NCBI GenBank assembly: GCA_963933055.1
Contig: CAWVSY010000012.1
Coordinates: forward strand, 4,194 to 68,193
Direction of reading: 5' to 3'
From: an uncultured Oleispira sp.
GTDB lineage: Bacteria > Pseudomonadota > Gammaproteobacteria > Pseudomonadales > Oceanobacteraceae
DNA length: 64,000 bases
Positions within the stretch are counted from its first letter, which is position 1, and each line of letters begins with the position of its first letter. The position numbers and the translations under genes are program-made. Below the pieces are notes generated by a model. That model ran no database searches, had not been told where the DNA came from, and saw only the letters and a list, made by a program, of their open reading frames with translations. Of this stretch, positions 50,901 through 60,128 are shown in pieces.

Positions 50901-53588
50901 CCTGGCTGGGCAGGGCGCGATCAAAAAAGCAAAGGTTTAGGTGCCAATACCCTGAGCTTAAGTGCTGATAAAGAACAATACATTGTCGGCGAAACAGCGA
51001 TTGTTTCTTTACCTGAAGCCGCCAGTGGCCGAGCGTTAGTCTCGATCGAAAATGGCAGCCAAGTGATCGATTATTATTGGGTTAAATTGTCGGAAGTCGG
51101 TTCGCAATTACACATTCCAATTACCAATGCAATGACCCCCAATGCCTATGTTTCGGTCAGCGTGATTCAAGCCCATGCGAATAAAAAGAACGACGAACCG
51201 ATTCGTCTGATGGGTATTTTACCGTTAACCGTCACCGACCCAGCAACACACCTTAAGCCGCAGTTAACCATGGTTAGCGAAGTTGAACCTGAAAGCACAT
51301 TAACGGTTGAAGTGAACGAAGCCACGGGCCGCAGTTTTAACTATACCTTAGCGGTAGTGGATGAAGGCCTATTAGGGCTCACCCAATTTAGAACCCCTGA
51401 TTTGCACAAAGGCTTTTATAAAAAAGAAGCCTTGGGCGTTAAAACCTGGGATCTATACGACAGTGTTGTGGGTGCTTATGGCGCCGAACTCGAACAACTA
51501 TTAGCCATTGGTGGTGATGGTGACTTGGGTGGCAAAGACAATGAAAATGACGAACGTCGTTTCCCTCCGGTTGTTCGATTCTTAGGGCCGTTCCATTTAG
51601 AACAAGCCGAAGTCGCGCAGCATAAAATCGACATTCCACAATACCTCGGCGCTGTACGCGTCATGTTGGTTGCCGCTAAAGACGGTGCTTATGGTCGCAG
51701 CGAAAAAGAAGTTTTAGTACGTAAACCACTCAACGTATTAGCGACCTTGCCACGCGTATTAGGCAAAGACGAAACACTGCAAATGCCGATTACGCTATTC
51801 ACCAGCGACGATAGCATCAACAACGTCAGTATCACGGTGAAAGCCGACGACAAAATTGTGCTACTGAAAAGCGAGTTGAATGTTGAATTTGATAAAGCCG
51901 GTGAGCGCATGGTTTTTGTGCCGATGCGAGCCTTAAAACTGGGCAGCAGCAAAGTCGAAATTGTTGCTACGGCGACCACCGCGACGTCTGAATTCAGCGC
52001 GCAGCAAACCATTCATATTCCTGTGAATGCACAAACTTTACCTGAAAAACGTTTTAAAATGGCCAAGATCGAAGCCGGACAACGTTGGAATAATCAGGCC
52101 GAATTGTTTGGTATTGACGGTACGCAAAATGTTGAACTTGAATTCACCACCATGCCGCCAATGAATCTGCAAAACCACTTGCAGTATTTATTAGGCTACC
52201 CTCATGGCTGTGTTGAACAGACAACCTCAAAAGCGTTGCCGCAGTTATTCTTGCCAGAATTAACCAACCTTAATGAAGAGCAACTATTAACCAGCCAAAA
52301 CAACATTGCCGCCGCGATTGATAAACTCAGCCGCCATCAAGCCAGCTCGGGTGGTTTTAGCTACTGGCCAGGTATTGGCAATGTTAACGATTGGTCTACC
52401 AGTTACGCCGGACACTTTTTATTATTGGCGAAAGATCATGGCTACGACGTGCCAGAAAAAATGTTAACGGATTGGAAAATTAATCAAAGCCGCGCCGCCC
52501 GAGCATGGACGGCCAGCGCTTCCAATAACCGCAGTCATATCAATTCTTATAAGGCGCAAGCCTATCGCTTATTCACCTTAGCGGTGGCAGGCAATAGTGA
52601 AATCGGAGCGATGAACCGCTTCCGCCAAAAACAAGACCTTGATAATTTATCGCGCTGGTTATTAGCCGCCGCCTATCAATTAGCGGGGCAGCAACAAGCC
52701 GCCGCGACATTAGCCGCGACGGCACAATTGGATATGAATGATTACGTAGTAAGTGACTACAGCTTTGGCTCAACCTTGCGTGACGAAGCCATGTTACTAA
52801 TGAGTTTGCTGGTATTAAACGACAGTGATAATAGCGCCAATCTTGCTGAAAAAATCAGTCAGCAACTGGTCGCAGATAACCGTCGATACAGCACACAAAC
52901 CACCGCATTTTCATTATTAGCCATGGCGGCGTATAGCGAAAAAAATCAAAGCAATAATAGTAACGTGAGCATTAACTGGCAGCAAAACGAACAGACGCTG
53001 GTATTGGAAAAAGCCATTAACCTAATGCCGCTGAATTTGCCGCCACGAAATCAAGGCGCGCTTGATCTAGACGTTAGCGTTCACAATAACGGCAGCGTCC
53101 CTGTTTATGCCCAACTGATGAGTGAAGGTATTCCAGAACTAGGACAAGAGCAGCCGTACAGTCACGAGCTGGCATTAGACGTAAAATACTTTGATGGGGC
53201 GAAAGAACGCGACAGAAATGCCATCGATCTTAATACCTTAACTCAAGGCCAAGATATTCTAGTAGTGGTTAATGTGACGAATAACAGTATTCACCCGATT
53301 GAGCATCTTGCGTTAACCGTACCGGTCGCCTCGGGTTTTGAAATTCGTAATACCGATGCTTTAGATGCGGTTAATACCAGCAACAACCTTTACGATTATC
53401 AAGATATTCGTGATGACCGTATTTACAGCTATCTCAAGCTGGCGGTCGGCGAACGTAAAACCCTAGAGTTTAGAATTAACGCCACGTACCAAGGTCGTTA
53501 TTATCAACCTGCGGTCATGATTAACGACATGTACGACGAAACCCGAGCAGCGCGTAATACAGGACACTGGGTTGAAATTGCACGCTAA
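47904..53588 (+). CDS. yfhM: Bacterial alpha-2-macroglobulin lipoprotein
   Basis: Lipobox ISGC, YTERGVWRPGD, AVVDEGLLGLT, thioester motif YPHGCVEQ, YQDIRDDR; start ATG 47904 after AAGGA. Confidence 0.95.
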   Translation: MLKRSFFWIASALLLQLTFLQISGCSDSSNTEASKPAKEATVISQQNNPWLQVLRSHTTGQLSRFGSIDLHFNQDLPKSQELAQNSQLAQQLLSFEPAIEGTATLVNKRHYRFTPTQPLPSGQAYSATLSAQAVALTQEGSEDFVFNFNVIEQAFEIKMNGLEVNQDGSMKLQGELNTADVTVIDDIKHIISASVQNQSLNVDWEKETKAQKQHRFTINNIQRKDSAAILIVKWNGADINVASTGERKFEVPALGQFVVSSIVALQGSDQTIEINFSEPLLKKQNLKGLIQVSTGTVKTRIEEAKITLYPSSVISGEFEITLDSNIKNAQGFNLGKSFSETLHFLSKKPAVRFTGQGNILPISDKLSIPFEATNVDSIQVTAFQIQEHSMPQYFQENQLNTTYNLHRVGRHIWRKTVQLKTPVADQWNRFNLDVRQLVLDNPGSLFRFELSINRSNSILTCSEADNNIPVTKENAPSNYEDEYISESSAWDGIEGYYGQNQNTSISWNDRENPCRDGFYQYGSQIKDQRNFIASNIGLIAKKGEDNQLVVIATELSSGLPLPAAQIEIRNFQNQTIASETTDNNGFAEVALNSTPFLIVASTHNSHQDSGPKDIGYLKINKAQAISTSHFNVGGKVVKDGIKAQIYTERGVWRPGDKIFLTVVIEDKADQIPDNHPLMLELINPKNQRVSVQVNAKPVGGLYAFTLETAEEDETGNWKAIASLGSLKFEHNIKIEMVKPNHLKMNMDLASDDIRAYQVGRYGSDAKLEGEFFSQWLHGAKASGLKTILNLSMSPQKTRFDTYNDFKFDDPAKEFRSQNDEIATFELDNDGKANVSADINIASLPAGKLRGSLTSRVFEPSGDFSIAKQSLDIHPYQHYVGMQMPKGDAARGMLLTDQKHPVELVVVDADGKPLQGKQKLHLTLYKLSWKWWWDSSSDDQLANYVSRHSNSILKQEDIDISNGQGQWKFEVKYPDWGRYMIRACDKKGLHCTGQVFYMDWPGWAGRDQKSKGLGANTLSLSADKEQYIVGETAIVSLPEAASGRALVSIENGSQVIDYYWVKLSEVGSQLHIPITNAMTPNAYVSVSVIQAHANKKNDEPIRLMGILPLTVTDPATHLKPQLTMVSEVEPESTLTVEVNEATGRSFNYTLAVVDEGLLGLTQFRTPDLHKGFYKKEALGVKTWDLYDSVVGAYGAELEQLLAIGGDGDLGGKDNENDERRFPPVVRFLGPFHLEQAEVAQHKIDIPQYLGAVRVMLVAAKDGAYGRSEKEVLVRKPLNVLATLPRVLGKDETLQMPITLFTSDDSINNVSITVKADDKIVLLKSELNVEFDKAGERMVFVPMRALKLGSSKVEIVATATTATSEFSAQQTIHIPVNAQTLPEKRFKMAKIEAGQRWNNQAELFGIDGTQNVELEFTTMPPMNLQNHLQYLLGYPHGCVEQTTSKALPQLFLPELTNLNEEQLLTSQNNIAAAIDKLSRHQASSGGFSYWPGIGNVNDWSTSYAGHFLLLAKDHGYDVPEKMLTDWKINQSRAARAWTASASNNRSHINSYKAQAYRLFTLAVAGNSEIGAMNRFRQKQDLDNLSRWLLAAAYQLAGQQQAAATLAATAQLDMNDYVVSDYSFGSTLRDEAMLLMSLLVLNDSDNSANLAEKISQQLVADNRRYSTQTTAFSLLAMAAYSEKNQSNNSNVSINWQQNEQTLVLEKAINLMPLNLPPRNQGALDLDVSVHNNGSVPVYAQLMSEGIPELGQEQPYSHELALDVKYFDGAKERDRNAIDLNTLTQGQDILVVVNVTNNSIHPIEHLALTVPVASGFEIRNTDALDAVNTSNNLYDYQDIRDDRIYSYLKLAVGERKTLEFRINATYQGRYYQPAVMINDMYDETRAARNTGHWVEIAR

Positions 53589-55911
53589 ACCCAACCTACG
53601 ATTATTCGCCATATTGCTCTTGCTAATAATCGTACTTCTCAGCAGCTGGTGGCATTCATTGCCCCAGCCGCTGTTTTCAACACCTTATTCCAGCATCTTA
53701 TTAGACCGTAATAACCAACTGCTTGAAGCGCGTATTGCCAGCGATGAACAGTGGCGCTTTCCGCCGAGTGAAAGCCTACCTAAATCGTATGTGAGCGCGT
53801 TATTATTATTCGAAGATAAACGCTTTTATGAACATAGCGGTATCGACTGGTTAGCGTTAGGTCGCGCGACTTTGCAAAACCTAAAATCGGGCAAAGTAGT
53901 GAGTGGTGCCAGTACCCTCAGCATGCAAGTGATTCGCCTTGCACGCAAAAGTGAACACCGCGACTTCAGCACAAAAATAATAGAAAGCCTGCAAGCCTTA
54001 CGTTTGGAATTTTCGTATAGCAAACAACAAATTTTAAACCTGTACGCTTCGCACGCGCCGTTTGGTGGCAACGTAGTCGGTATCTCAGCCGCAAGCTGGC
54101 GTTATTTTGGCCGCGGCCCAGACAGTTTATCGTGGGCAGAATCGGCCTTATTAGCGGTACTGCCCAACAGACCTAACTATTTGCGTCCGGGTAAAAACCA
54201 ACAAAAATTAAAACAAAAACGCGATCGCCTATTAACCCGATTGCAGCAAGCAGGGCAGTTCGACCAACTGCAATTAGCATTAGCCTTGAGTGAACCCCTG
54301 CCAGAAAAAATATTAGCATTTCCAAAACGCGCACCGCATTTATTAGAAACCTTGATTAGCCGTACTCATAATAAAAGCGGACTAATAAAAACCAGCCTAA
54401 ACGGCAACCTACAAGCGCAAGTACAAAACGTAGTAGATCATTACGCCCAACGATTATTAAACGCGCAAATCACCCACCTAGCCGCGGTGATAATGGACAA
54501 TAAAACCGGATTGCCCGTCGCCTATATTGGCAACTCGGGTTTTAGCCATGTTCCTCATTCGGGCAAAGGCATTGATTTATTACACCGCTCGCGCAGTACC
54601 GGCAGTATTTTAAAACCCTTGTTATACGCCACCATGTTGCAGCAAGGAGAAATAACCCCACTGCAATTGGTAGAAGACATACCAATAAAATTTAAAGGCT
54701 ATCAACCAGAAAACTACGACCTGGATTATCGCGGCGTCGTACGGGCGAAAAAAGCCCTCGCGCAATCGCTGAATATTCCTGCGGTAAACATGCTAAAACA
54801 ATACGGCATAAAACCGTTTTATGATTTCTTAAAACAACACGGTATTAGCACCTTACACCGCAGCGCTGAAGGTTACGGGTTACCCCTAATACTCGGTGGC
54901 GCAGAAGGCACGCTTTGGGAAATGACCCATCTTTATATGCAGCTTGCGCGCATTGCACAAAACTTACCTGCGCAACCGATCAGCCGTTTACCTACAATTT
55001 TTCTAAAGCAAGAAAAGCAAAAAAGCATTTCAAGTTTAACCGCAGGATCGGCTTGGTTAACCCTACAAGCGTTATTAGACGTCAGCCGCCCCGGCAATGA
55101 AAACCGCTGGCGACAATTTACCAACAGTCGCCAAGTCGCGTGGAAAACAGGCACAAGCTACGGCTTTCGAGACGGCTGGGCGATTGGCACAACCGCTGAA
55201 TATACCATTGGCGTTTGGACAGGGAATGCCGAAGGCGGCAGCGTTCCAGGGCTTACGGGCACTCAAGCCGCCGCGCCATTATTATTCGAATTATTTAACC
55301 TATTGCCTAAAACGCATTGGTTTAAAAAACCTGAATTCGACCTGCGCCAAGTACGGGTTTGTAAAAATGACGGCTTCCTCGCCACACCGTATTGCGACAG
55401 CATAATTGCAGACTTACCATTGGCCTCAACCTACAGCACCGTATCGCCTTACCACGTTCGTATTCATACCGATGTCCAACGTTATCACCGAGTATCATCC
55501 GCTTGCGAAGCCGTCCATAAAATACATTCACAGAATTGGTTTACCTTGCCACCGCACATCGCTTTTTATTATCAAAAAAAACACAGCGAATACAAAGCCA
55601 TGCCCAATTGGCGAGCTGACTGCTTAAACTTTATGACAGCACAAAGCCCAATATCATTTATTTATCCACACAAAAATACCCAAGTGTATTTACCGATAAC
55701 ACTCAGCGGCAACCGCACCAATATGATCAGCGAACTCGCGCATCAATATGCTGGCTCGATAGTTTACTGGTACCTCGATCAAGAATACCTCGGCAAAACG
55801 CAGCAAATACACCAAATGGAAATGAGCCCAAGTTTAGGCAAGCATGAATTGTTAGTCGTTGATGAAGAAGGCAATCAGCAAACATTAAGTTTTAAAGTAC
55901 TGAGCCAATAA
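53572..55911 (+). CDS. pbpC: Penicillin-binding protein 1C
   Basis: Transglycosylase EDKRFYEHSGID, GASTLSMQ; transpeptidase STGSILKP, SLN, KTGTS; BiPBP-type C-terminus; overlaps the A2M stop. Confidence 0.95.
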   Translation: MKLHAKPNLRLFAILLLLIIVLLSSWWHSLPQPLFSTPYSSILLDRNNQLLEARIASDEQWRFPPSESLPKSYVSALLLFEDKRFYEHSGIDWLALGRATLQNLKSGKVVSGASTLSMQVIRLARKSEHRDFSTKIIESLQALRLEFSYSKQQILNLYASHAPFGGNVVGISAASWRYFGRGPDSLSWAESALLAVLPNRPNYLRPGKNQQKLKQKRDRLLTRLQQAGQFDQLQLALALSEPLPEKILAFPKRAPHLLETLISRTHNKSGLIKTSLNGNLQAQVQNVVDHYAQRLLNAQITHLAAVIMDNKTGLPVAYIGNSGFSHVPHSGKGIDLLHRSRSTGSILKPLLYATMLQQGEITPLQLVEDIPIKFKGYQPENYDLDYRGVVRAKKALAQSLNIPAVNMLKQYGIKPFYDFLKQHGISTLHRSAEGYGLPLILGGAEGTLWEMTHLYMQLARIAQNLPAQPISRLPTIFLKQEKQKSISSLTAGSAWLTLQALLDVSRPGNENRWRQFTNSRQVAWKTGTSYGFRDGWAIGTTAEYTIGVWTGNAEGGSVPGLTGTQAAAPLLFELFNLLPKTHWFKKPEFDLRQVRVCKNDGFLATPYCDSIIADLPLASTYSTVSPYHVRIHTDVQRYHRVSSACEAVHKIHSQNWFTLPPHIAFYYQKKHSEYKAMPNWRADCLNFMTAQSPISFIYPHKNTQVYLPITLSGNRTNMISELAHQYAGSIVYWYLDQEYLGKTQQIHQMEMSPSLGKHELLVVDEEGNQQTLSFKVLSQ

Positions 55912-55927
55912 TTCACTCAGCTTAAGC

Positions 55928-56488
55928 TCAAAACAACCCTTGCTGCGGGTGATGCAAACACACAGTATCACCCACAGAAATTTTGCCCGACTGCACAACC
56001 TTTAAACACAAGCCACCATGGCCCATCATCGCCGCAATGCCACCTTTTCCTAGCAGCTCTTCCATACGCAAACACGGATGACACAACGCACCCGCTTCAA
56101 AAATAGCCCCACCAATTGAAAACTGCTGATAACGCAGCGCCTCTAAATTCATTCCCTTAATCACCAAATTACGGCGTAATAACTTAGGATGAACCGAATG
56201 CTGAAGAAGCATGTTGGTATTTGAACGGCTAAGCGACAAAAAATGCGCAATCTGGCCAATATACTCCTCACTCATCAACGTCACCTGACGCCCAGACCCC
56301 AGCGTATTTTCAAAGCGGTGATCACCGTCTAAACCCGACCCAGCAATGGCCTGAACAGAATTGACCTCGACCACCTCAGCTTGACGCTCAGGGCGCAACC
56401 CTATCCAAGTGAGCTTACCAGGTGGAAGATCTTCAATATAACGAGAAAACAAACGCTTCTGAGAAACAGAAGTACGCGAAACAGCCAT
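55928..56488 (-). CDS. MOSC domain protein
   Basis: GLDGDH, RQVTL, LRRNLVI, PCLRME, GGLCLKVVQSGKISVGD. Confidence 0.9.
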   Translation of the reverse strand: MAVSRTSVSQKRLFSRYIEDLPPGKLTWIGLRPERQAEVVEVNSVQAIAGSGLDGDHRFENTLGSGRQVTLMSEEYIGQIAHFLSLSRSNTNMLLQHSVHPKLLRRNLVIKGMNLEALRYQQFSIGGAIFEAGALCHPCLRMEELLGKGGIAAMMGHGGLCLKVVQSGKISVGDTVCLHHPQQGLF

Positions 56489-56712
56489 AGCAAACCACTA
56501 ACAATGAACGAAGCCTAAACCATATCACAACATGGCTACAGCCTGCTTAGAACAAGGCATTTGAATAACTCGCTAGAATTTACAAAAAGATCACTAACTT
56601 GAAAAAATAGCCAGATTAGGGCATTGTTCGTATTCACGGACAAACGTTATGGACAAAACTCTACGGATTAAGCAGTACGTACAAAAAATCTATAGAGAAT
56701 AGGTATCAAGGA

Positions 56713-57399
56713 ATGATGATCGTCTACTCAGCCACCAAGCAGCAATTCGTTAACGATGTACGTTCAAATGCCATTGCCGCCCTGATACAAGACTACAGCG
56801 AAACCGTGCGTAACGAGTCCATAGCACTCTTACTCTGTGCCTACCTGCACAACATGAAAGCGCGCGACGCTATAACCGATGACGGCAGCCTGTGGTTAAT
56901 CGCAGAAAATTCAGTCGAACAAATAGGCTGCATGCACACCTGTCAACCCCTAGAGCACCCATCAAGAGACAAAGCACTCAGCGGTATTCGTGGTCGATTA
57001 AAAAAAGAACCCGAAGCAGCACTAATCGCCGCAGACGGCTTCAGTGATCGGCAGGATTTAGAAAATGTGGGCAACCCGGAAGAAAGCGAATGGGTTCAGC
57101 TACCAGAACACATCAATACCACGAAAGGCATGTTCGTTACCCGCGTAGTGGGCGAGTCCATGAACAAACGAATCATCAACGGTTCTTGGTGTTTGTTTAA
57201 AGCCAATCCCAGCGGCAGCCGTAATGGCAAAAATGTATTAGTAGAGCACTGTGACATTGAAGATCCAGATCATGGTGGCACCTACACAGTTAAAACGTAT
57301 CACAGTGAAAAAATAGAAGAAGATGGTGTGTTGGTTAATCAGCGCATCGCGTACTTAAGCCGGAAACTAATGCTTATGGGTATTCGCCGATTGAAATAA
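56713..57399 (+). pseudogene. Internally deleted DUF2075 (helicase-like)-S24 peptidase/HTH relic
   Basis: In-frame mosaic of pieces: MIVYSATKQQFVNDV (N-terminus), ETV..SI.L..CAYLHN, DGSLWLIA.NSVEQIGCMHTCQ, RDKALSGIRG.LKKEP, then S24-like VVGESMNKRIINGSWCLF...YTVK; only 228 aa. Confidence 0.7.
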
Positions 57400-57474
57400 A
57401 AGAAAATTCTGAGGAATTAGTTGTAGTTGGCGTTATTAAGCCCTATAGAATATTAATAAAAAATGGATTTATGA

Positions 57475-60000
57475 ATGAAAGTATTTATCAGTTATTCGCA
57501 TGTAGATGAACAATTTCGTAAGGAGTTAAATACTCACTTATCGTTAATGAAACGAAATGGTGAGATAGAAACTTGGGATGATAGAAAAATAGTCCCAGGA
57601 GAGGAATGGTGTGAGGAAATTTCTAATTCATTAGAAGTTGCGGAAATTATCTTATTATTGATTAGTCCTGATTTTATTAGTTCAGACTATTGCTTTGATA
57701 TTGAAGTTGCTAGAGCTATCGAAAAACATAATGAAGGAACTGCAGCAGTAATACCAATCTTATTGAGAGTATGTGACTGGAAGAGTGCTCCATTCTCGAA
57801 ATTACAAGCATTGCCAGCAGAAGCGAAGCCAATTAAAAAATGGGATGACTCTGATGAAGCATGGAATGATGTGGTTAATGGGATTAGAACTACTTTAACT
57901 GAGCTAAAAAAAAAGACCTCTCTAGTTGAGATAAAACCCCAGTTATTATGTGGAGGTATAAGGATGGAGTTTCTAGATTGGCTTAATGATACTGAAGTAC
58001 AGCTATCACATAGAAATGTTACTAAAGTTCAGTTTGCTGATGTATATGTAGCTCCACATGTTAAAAATCTAATATCAAATTCTGATGAGCTTGTTAAACC
58101 TGTAGATGCTATTGAAAAATTAGATAATGAAAGCAATTTAATTATTTTTGGCGATGATCAATCTGGTAAGACATCACTTATTAAACACTATTATTCTGAA
58201 TTATATGGTAAGGGCTTGTTGCCAGTATATATTGACGGAGAATGCATTAAATCATCGGACATTGAAAATCTTGTTTGCAAAGGAGTGTTGGAGCAATATG
58301 GAGGTGAGGTTGATACTTGTAATGTTCTTCTGATCGATAATTTTTCAAAAATTAAATTAAATCAAAAACACTTAAATAAACTTCTTGAATCTATAAATGA
58401 TAAATTTAATAAGGTTGTATGTCTTGCTCACGACTCATTTCAGTATATAGCCCCTGAGTTGGATGGTTTTTTAGAATATGATTTTTGTGAAATTTTACCA
58501 TTAGGTAATTTAAAAAGATCTGAAGTTATAGAAAAGTGGGTTTCATTGGGGGTGTCAGAGCAGATAGATGATAAAGAGCTTTATAAAGAGGCTGATGAGA
58601 TAAAGCTTAGATTAGATTCAATGGTTAGAGGGAATGTAGTGCCTGCTAAACCGATATTTATCTTAACTATGCTGCAGATGTTTGAAGCGTATACACCTCA
58701 AAATTTAGAGTTGACATCATATGGACACTGTTATCAGTATTTAGTATATCAAGCTTTGGAAAAGGCTAAAATAAAAGCTTCAGAGATTGATTTGTATTTA
58801 AATATATTAACTGAGTTATCTTGGGAAATATATAAAAATAAGCAGGGGTTGAATAAAACTGGGCTTACATACTTTTTCGGTAAATACCGAGAAAAATATG
58901 TACTTGGTATTGAGGATTCAGTAGTTATAAATAAGATACTTTCAAATGGTATCTTACTAGATGACGAAGGTATCGTGTCTTTTAAATACAAATATGTATA
59001 TTACTTTTTTGTTGCAAAGAAAATTGCAGAATCATTTAATCTGGATGCTGTTTTCAAAGAAGAAATTAGGGAGCTATTATCTGACCTTCATAGAGAGGAA
59101 GCGGCAAATATAATTATTTTCATATCGCATCATACAAAAGAAAGCTGGATTCTCGATGAGTTGCAGTTATGTCTAATGGAATTGTTTGATGAGCAAAAAG
59201 AGGCGGAGTTGTCCTCTAGTTCTTTGTCGTTCATGGATGATTTTATAGCTGAAATACCTGATTTAATTCTTAGGGAGAAGGAGGTAAGTCGTGAAAGGAA
59301 TAAGCGAAATGAGTTGATTGATGACTTAGAAAGGATAGAGGGTTCTGATGAAGAGGGTAAATTTGAATCGAATGATTTTCTTGTGAAAATTAATAAAGTG
59401 TTTAAAGGAATTGAAATTGTCGGTCAAATAGTAAGAAATCGGCATGCATCTTTAAATAAAGAGATGCTTTTTCAAATGATTGAATTTTCAACACATACGG
59501 GGTTGAGATTTCTTCAATATTTTATTGAAATTTCGGACGTGTCGAAAGAAGAAGTGATAAAAACGATACAGCATATGCTAATTGATAATGTTGATGTTGA
59601 TAATGATGACTTAGAGAAAGAAGCTAGAGATGCATTTTTAAAATTGACCTATGGAATTATCTATGGCGTGTTGAAAAAGATATCAACCGCAATAGGCTCA
59701 AAAGATGCTTATGAAATATATAATGAGCTCGAAGATAAGACCCCTACACCTGCTATTAAATTGATAAATCAGGCAATAGCGTTACAGTTTAAAAAACAAC
59801 TTAATTTTAAGAAGTTAAGTAAGATTAGCCACGAATTTAATACCAATCCAGTGTGCGAGAGAATGTTAAAGGAGATCGTTGTTCAGCATGCTTATATGTT
59901 TCCTGTTGATTATAAAGATAAACAAAAAATATCAAGCATCCTGAATGTTTCTGTACAAGGACAGACAATGATGGACTTACAGAAAAAGTTGAAGGTCTAA
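57475..60000 (+). CDS. TIR domain plus STAND/NACHT-type NTPase (candidate NLR-like defence protein)
   Basis: MKVFISYSH...WDDRKI.PGEEW...LLLISPDFISSDYCFDIEV TIR; GDDQSGKTS Walker A, VLLIDNF Walker B; helical C-terminal region; visibly lower GC than flanking core genes. Confidence 0.88.
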   Translation: MKVFISYSHVDEQFRKELNTHLSLMKRNGEIETWDDRKIVPGEEWCEEISNSLEVAEIILLLISPDFISSDYCFDIEVARAIEKHNEGTAAVIPILLRVCDWKSAPFSKLQALPAEAKPIKKWDDSDEAWNDVVNGIRTTLTELKKKTSLVEIKPQLLCGGIRMEFLDWLNDTEVQLSHRNVTKVQFADVYVAPHVKNLISNSDELVKPVDAIEKLDNESNLIIFGDDQSGKTSLIKHYYSELYGKGLLPVYIDGECIKSSDIENLVCKGVLEQYGGEVDTCNVLLIDNFSKIKLNQKHLNKLLESINDKFNKVVCLAHDSFQYIAPELDGFLEYDFCEILPLGNLKRSEVIEKWVSLGVSEQIDDKELYKEADEIKLRLDSMVRGNVVPAKPIFILTMLQMFEAYTPQNLELTSYGHCYQYLVYQALEKAKIKASEIDLYLNILTELSWEIYKNKQGLNKTGLTYFFGKYREKYVLGIEDSVVINKILSNGILLDDEGIVSFKYKYVYYFFVAKKIAESFNLDAVFKEEIRELLSDLHREEAANIIIFISHHTKESWILDELQLCLMELFDEQKEAELSSSSLSFMDDFIAEIPDLILREKEVSRERNKRNELIDDLERIEGSDEEGKFESNDFLVKINKVFKGIEIVGQIVRNRHASLNKEMLFQMIEFSTHTGLRFLQYFIEISDVSKEEVIKTIQHMLIDNVDVDNDDLEKEARDAFLKLTYGIIYGVLKKISTAIGSKDAYEIYNELEDKTPTPAIKLINQAIALQFKKQLNFKKLSKISHEFNTNPVCERMLKEIVVQHAYMFPVDYKDKQKISSILNVSVQGQTMMDLQKKLKV

Positions 60001-60083
60001 TGCTAGCGTTACATGATTAATGTGTCTGCAGCGAACATTGTTGTTAAGAATAGCTTATCTATCAGATAAGAGAGCAAAAGCAA

Positions 60084-60128
60084 AGCCTCTACTTGCCACA
60101 GGGAATACCCCTGTGGCAAGTAGAGGCT
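60084..60128. repeat. Perfect 20-bp inverted repeat with 5-nt loop; possible terminator for the methyltransferase gene
   Basis: AGCCTCTACTTGCCACAGGG-AATAC-CCCTGTGGCAAGTAGAGGCT; followed by TTGCTTTTG on the minus strand. Confidence 0.9.

Noticed and set aside
47837-55627. Many 60-110 aa ORFs within A2M and pbpC
   Set aside because: Fully nested shadow ORFs with no RBS or recognisable motif
56490-56712. Possible att site, tRNA or integrase at the island edge; imperfect TGTTCGT-N4-ACGGACA palindrome
   Set aside because: No tRNA fold, direct-repeat pair or recombinase visible; the palindrome is too weak to call
57475-60000. Thoeris, CBASS or Pycsar assignment for the TIR gene
   Set aside because: No ThsA, cyclase or other partner nearby, and the TIR is fused to a STAND NTPase
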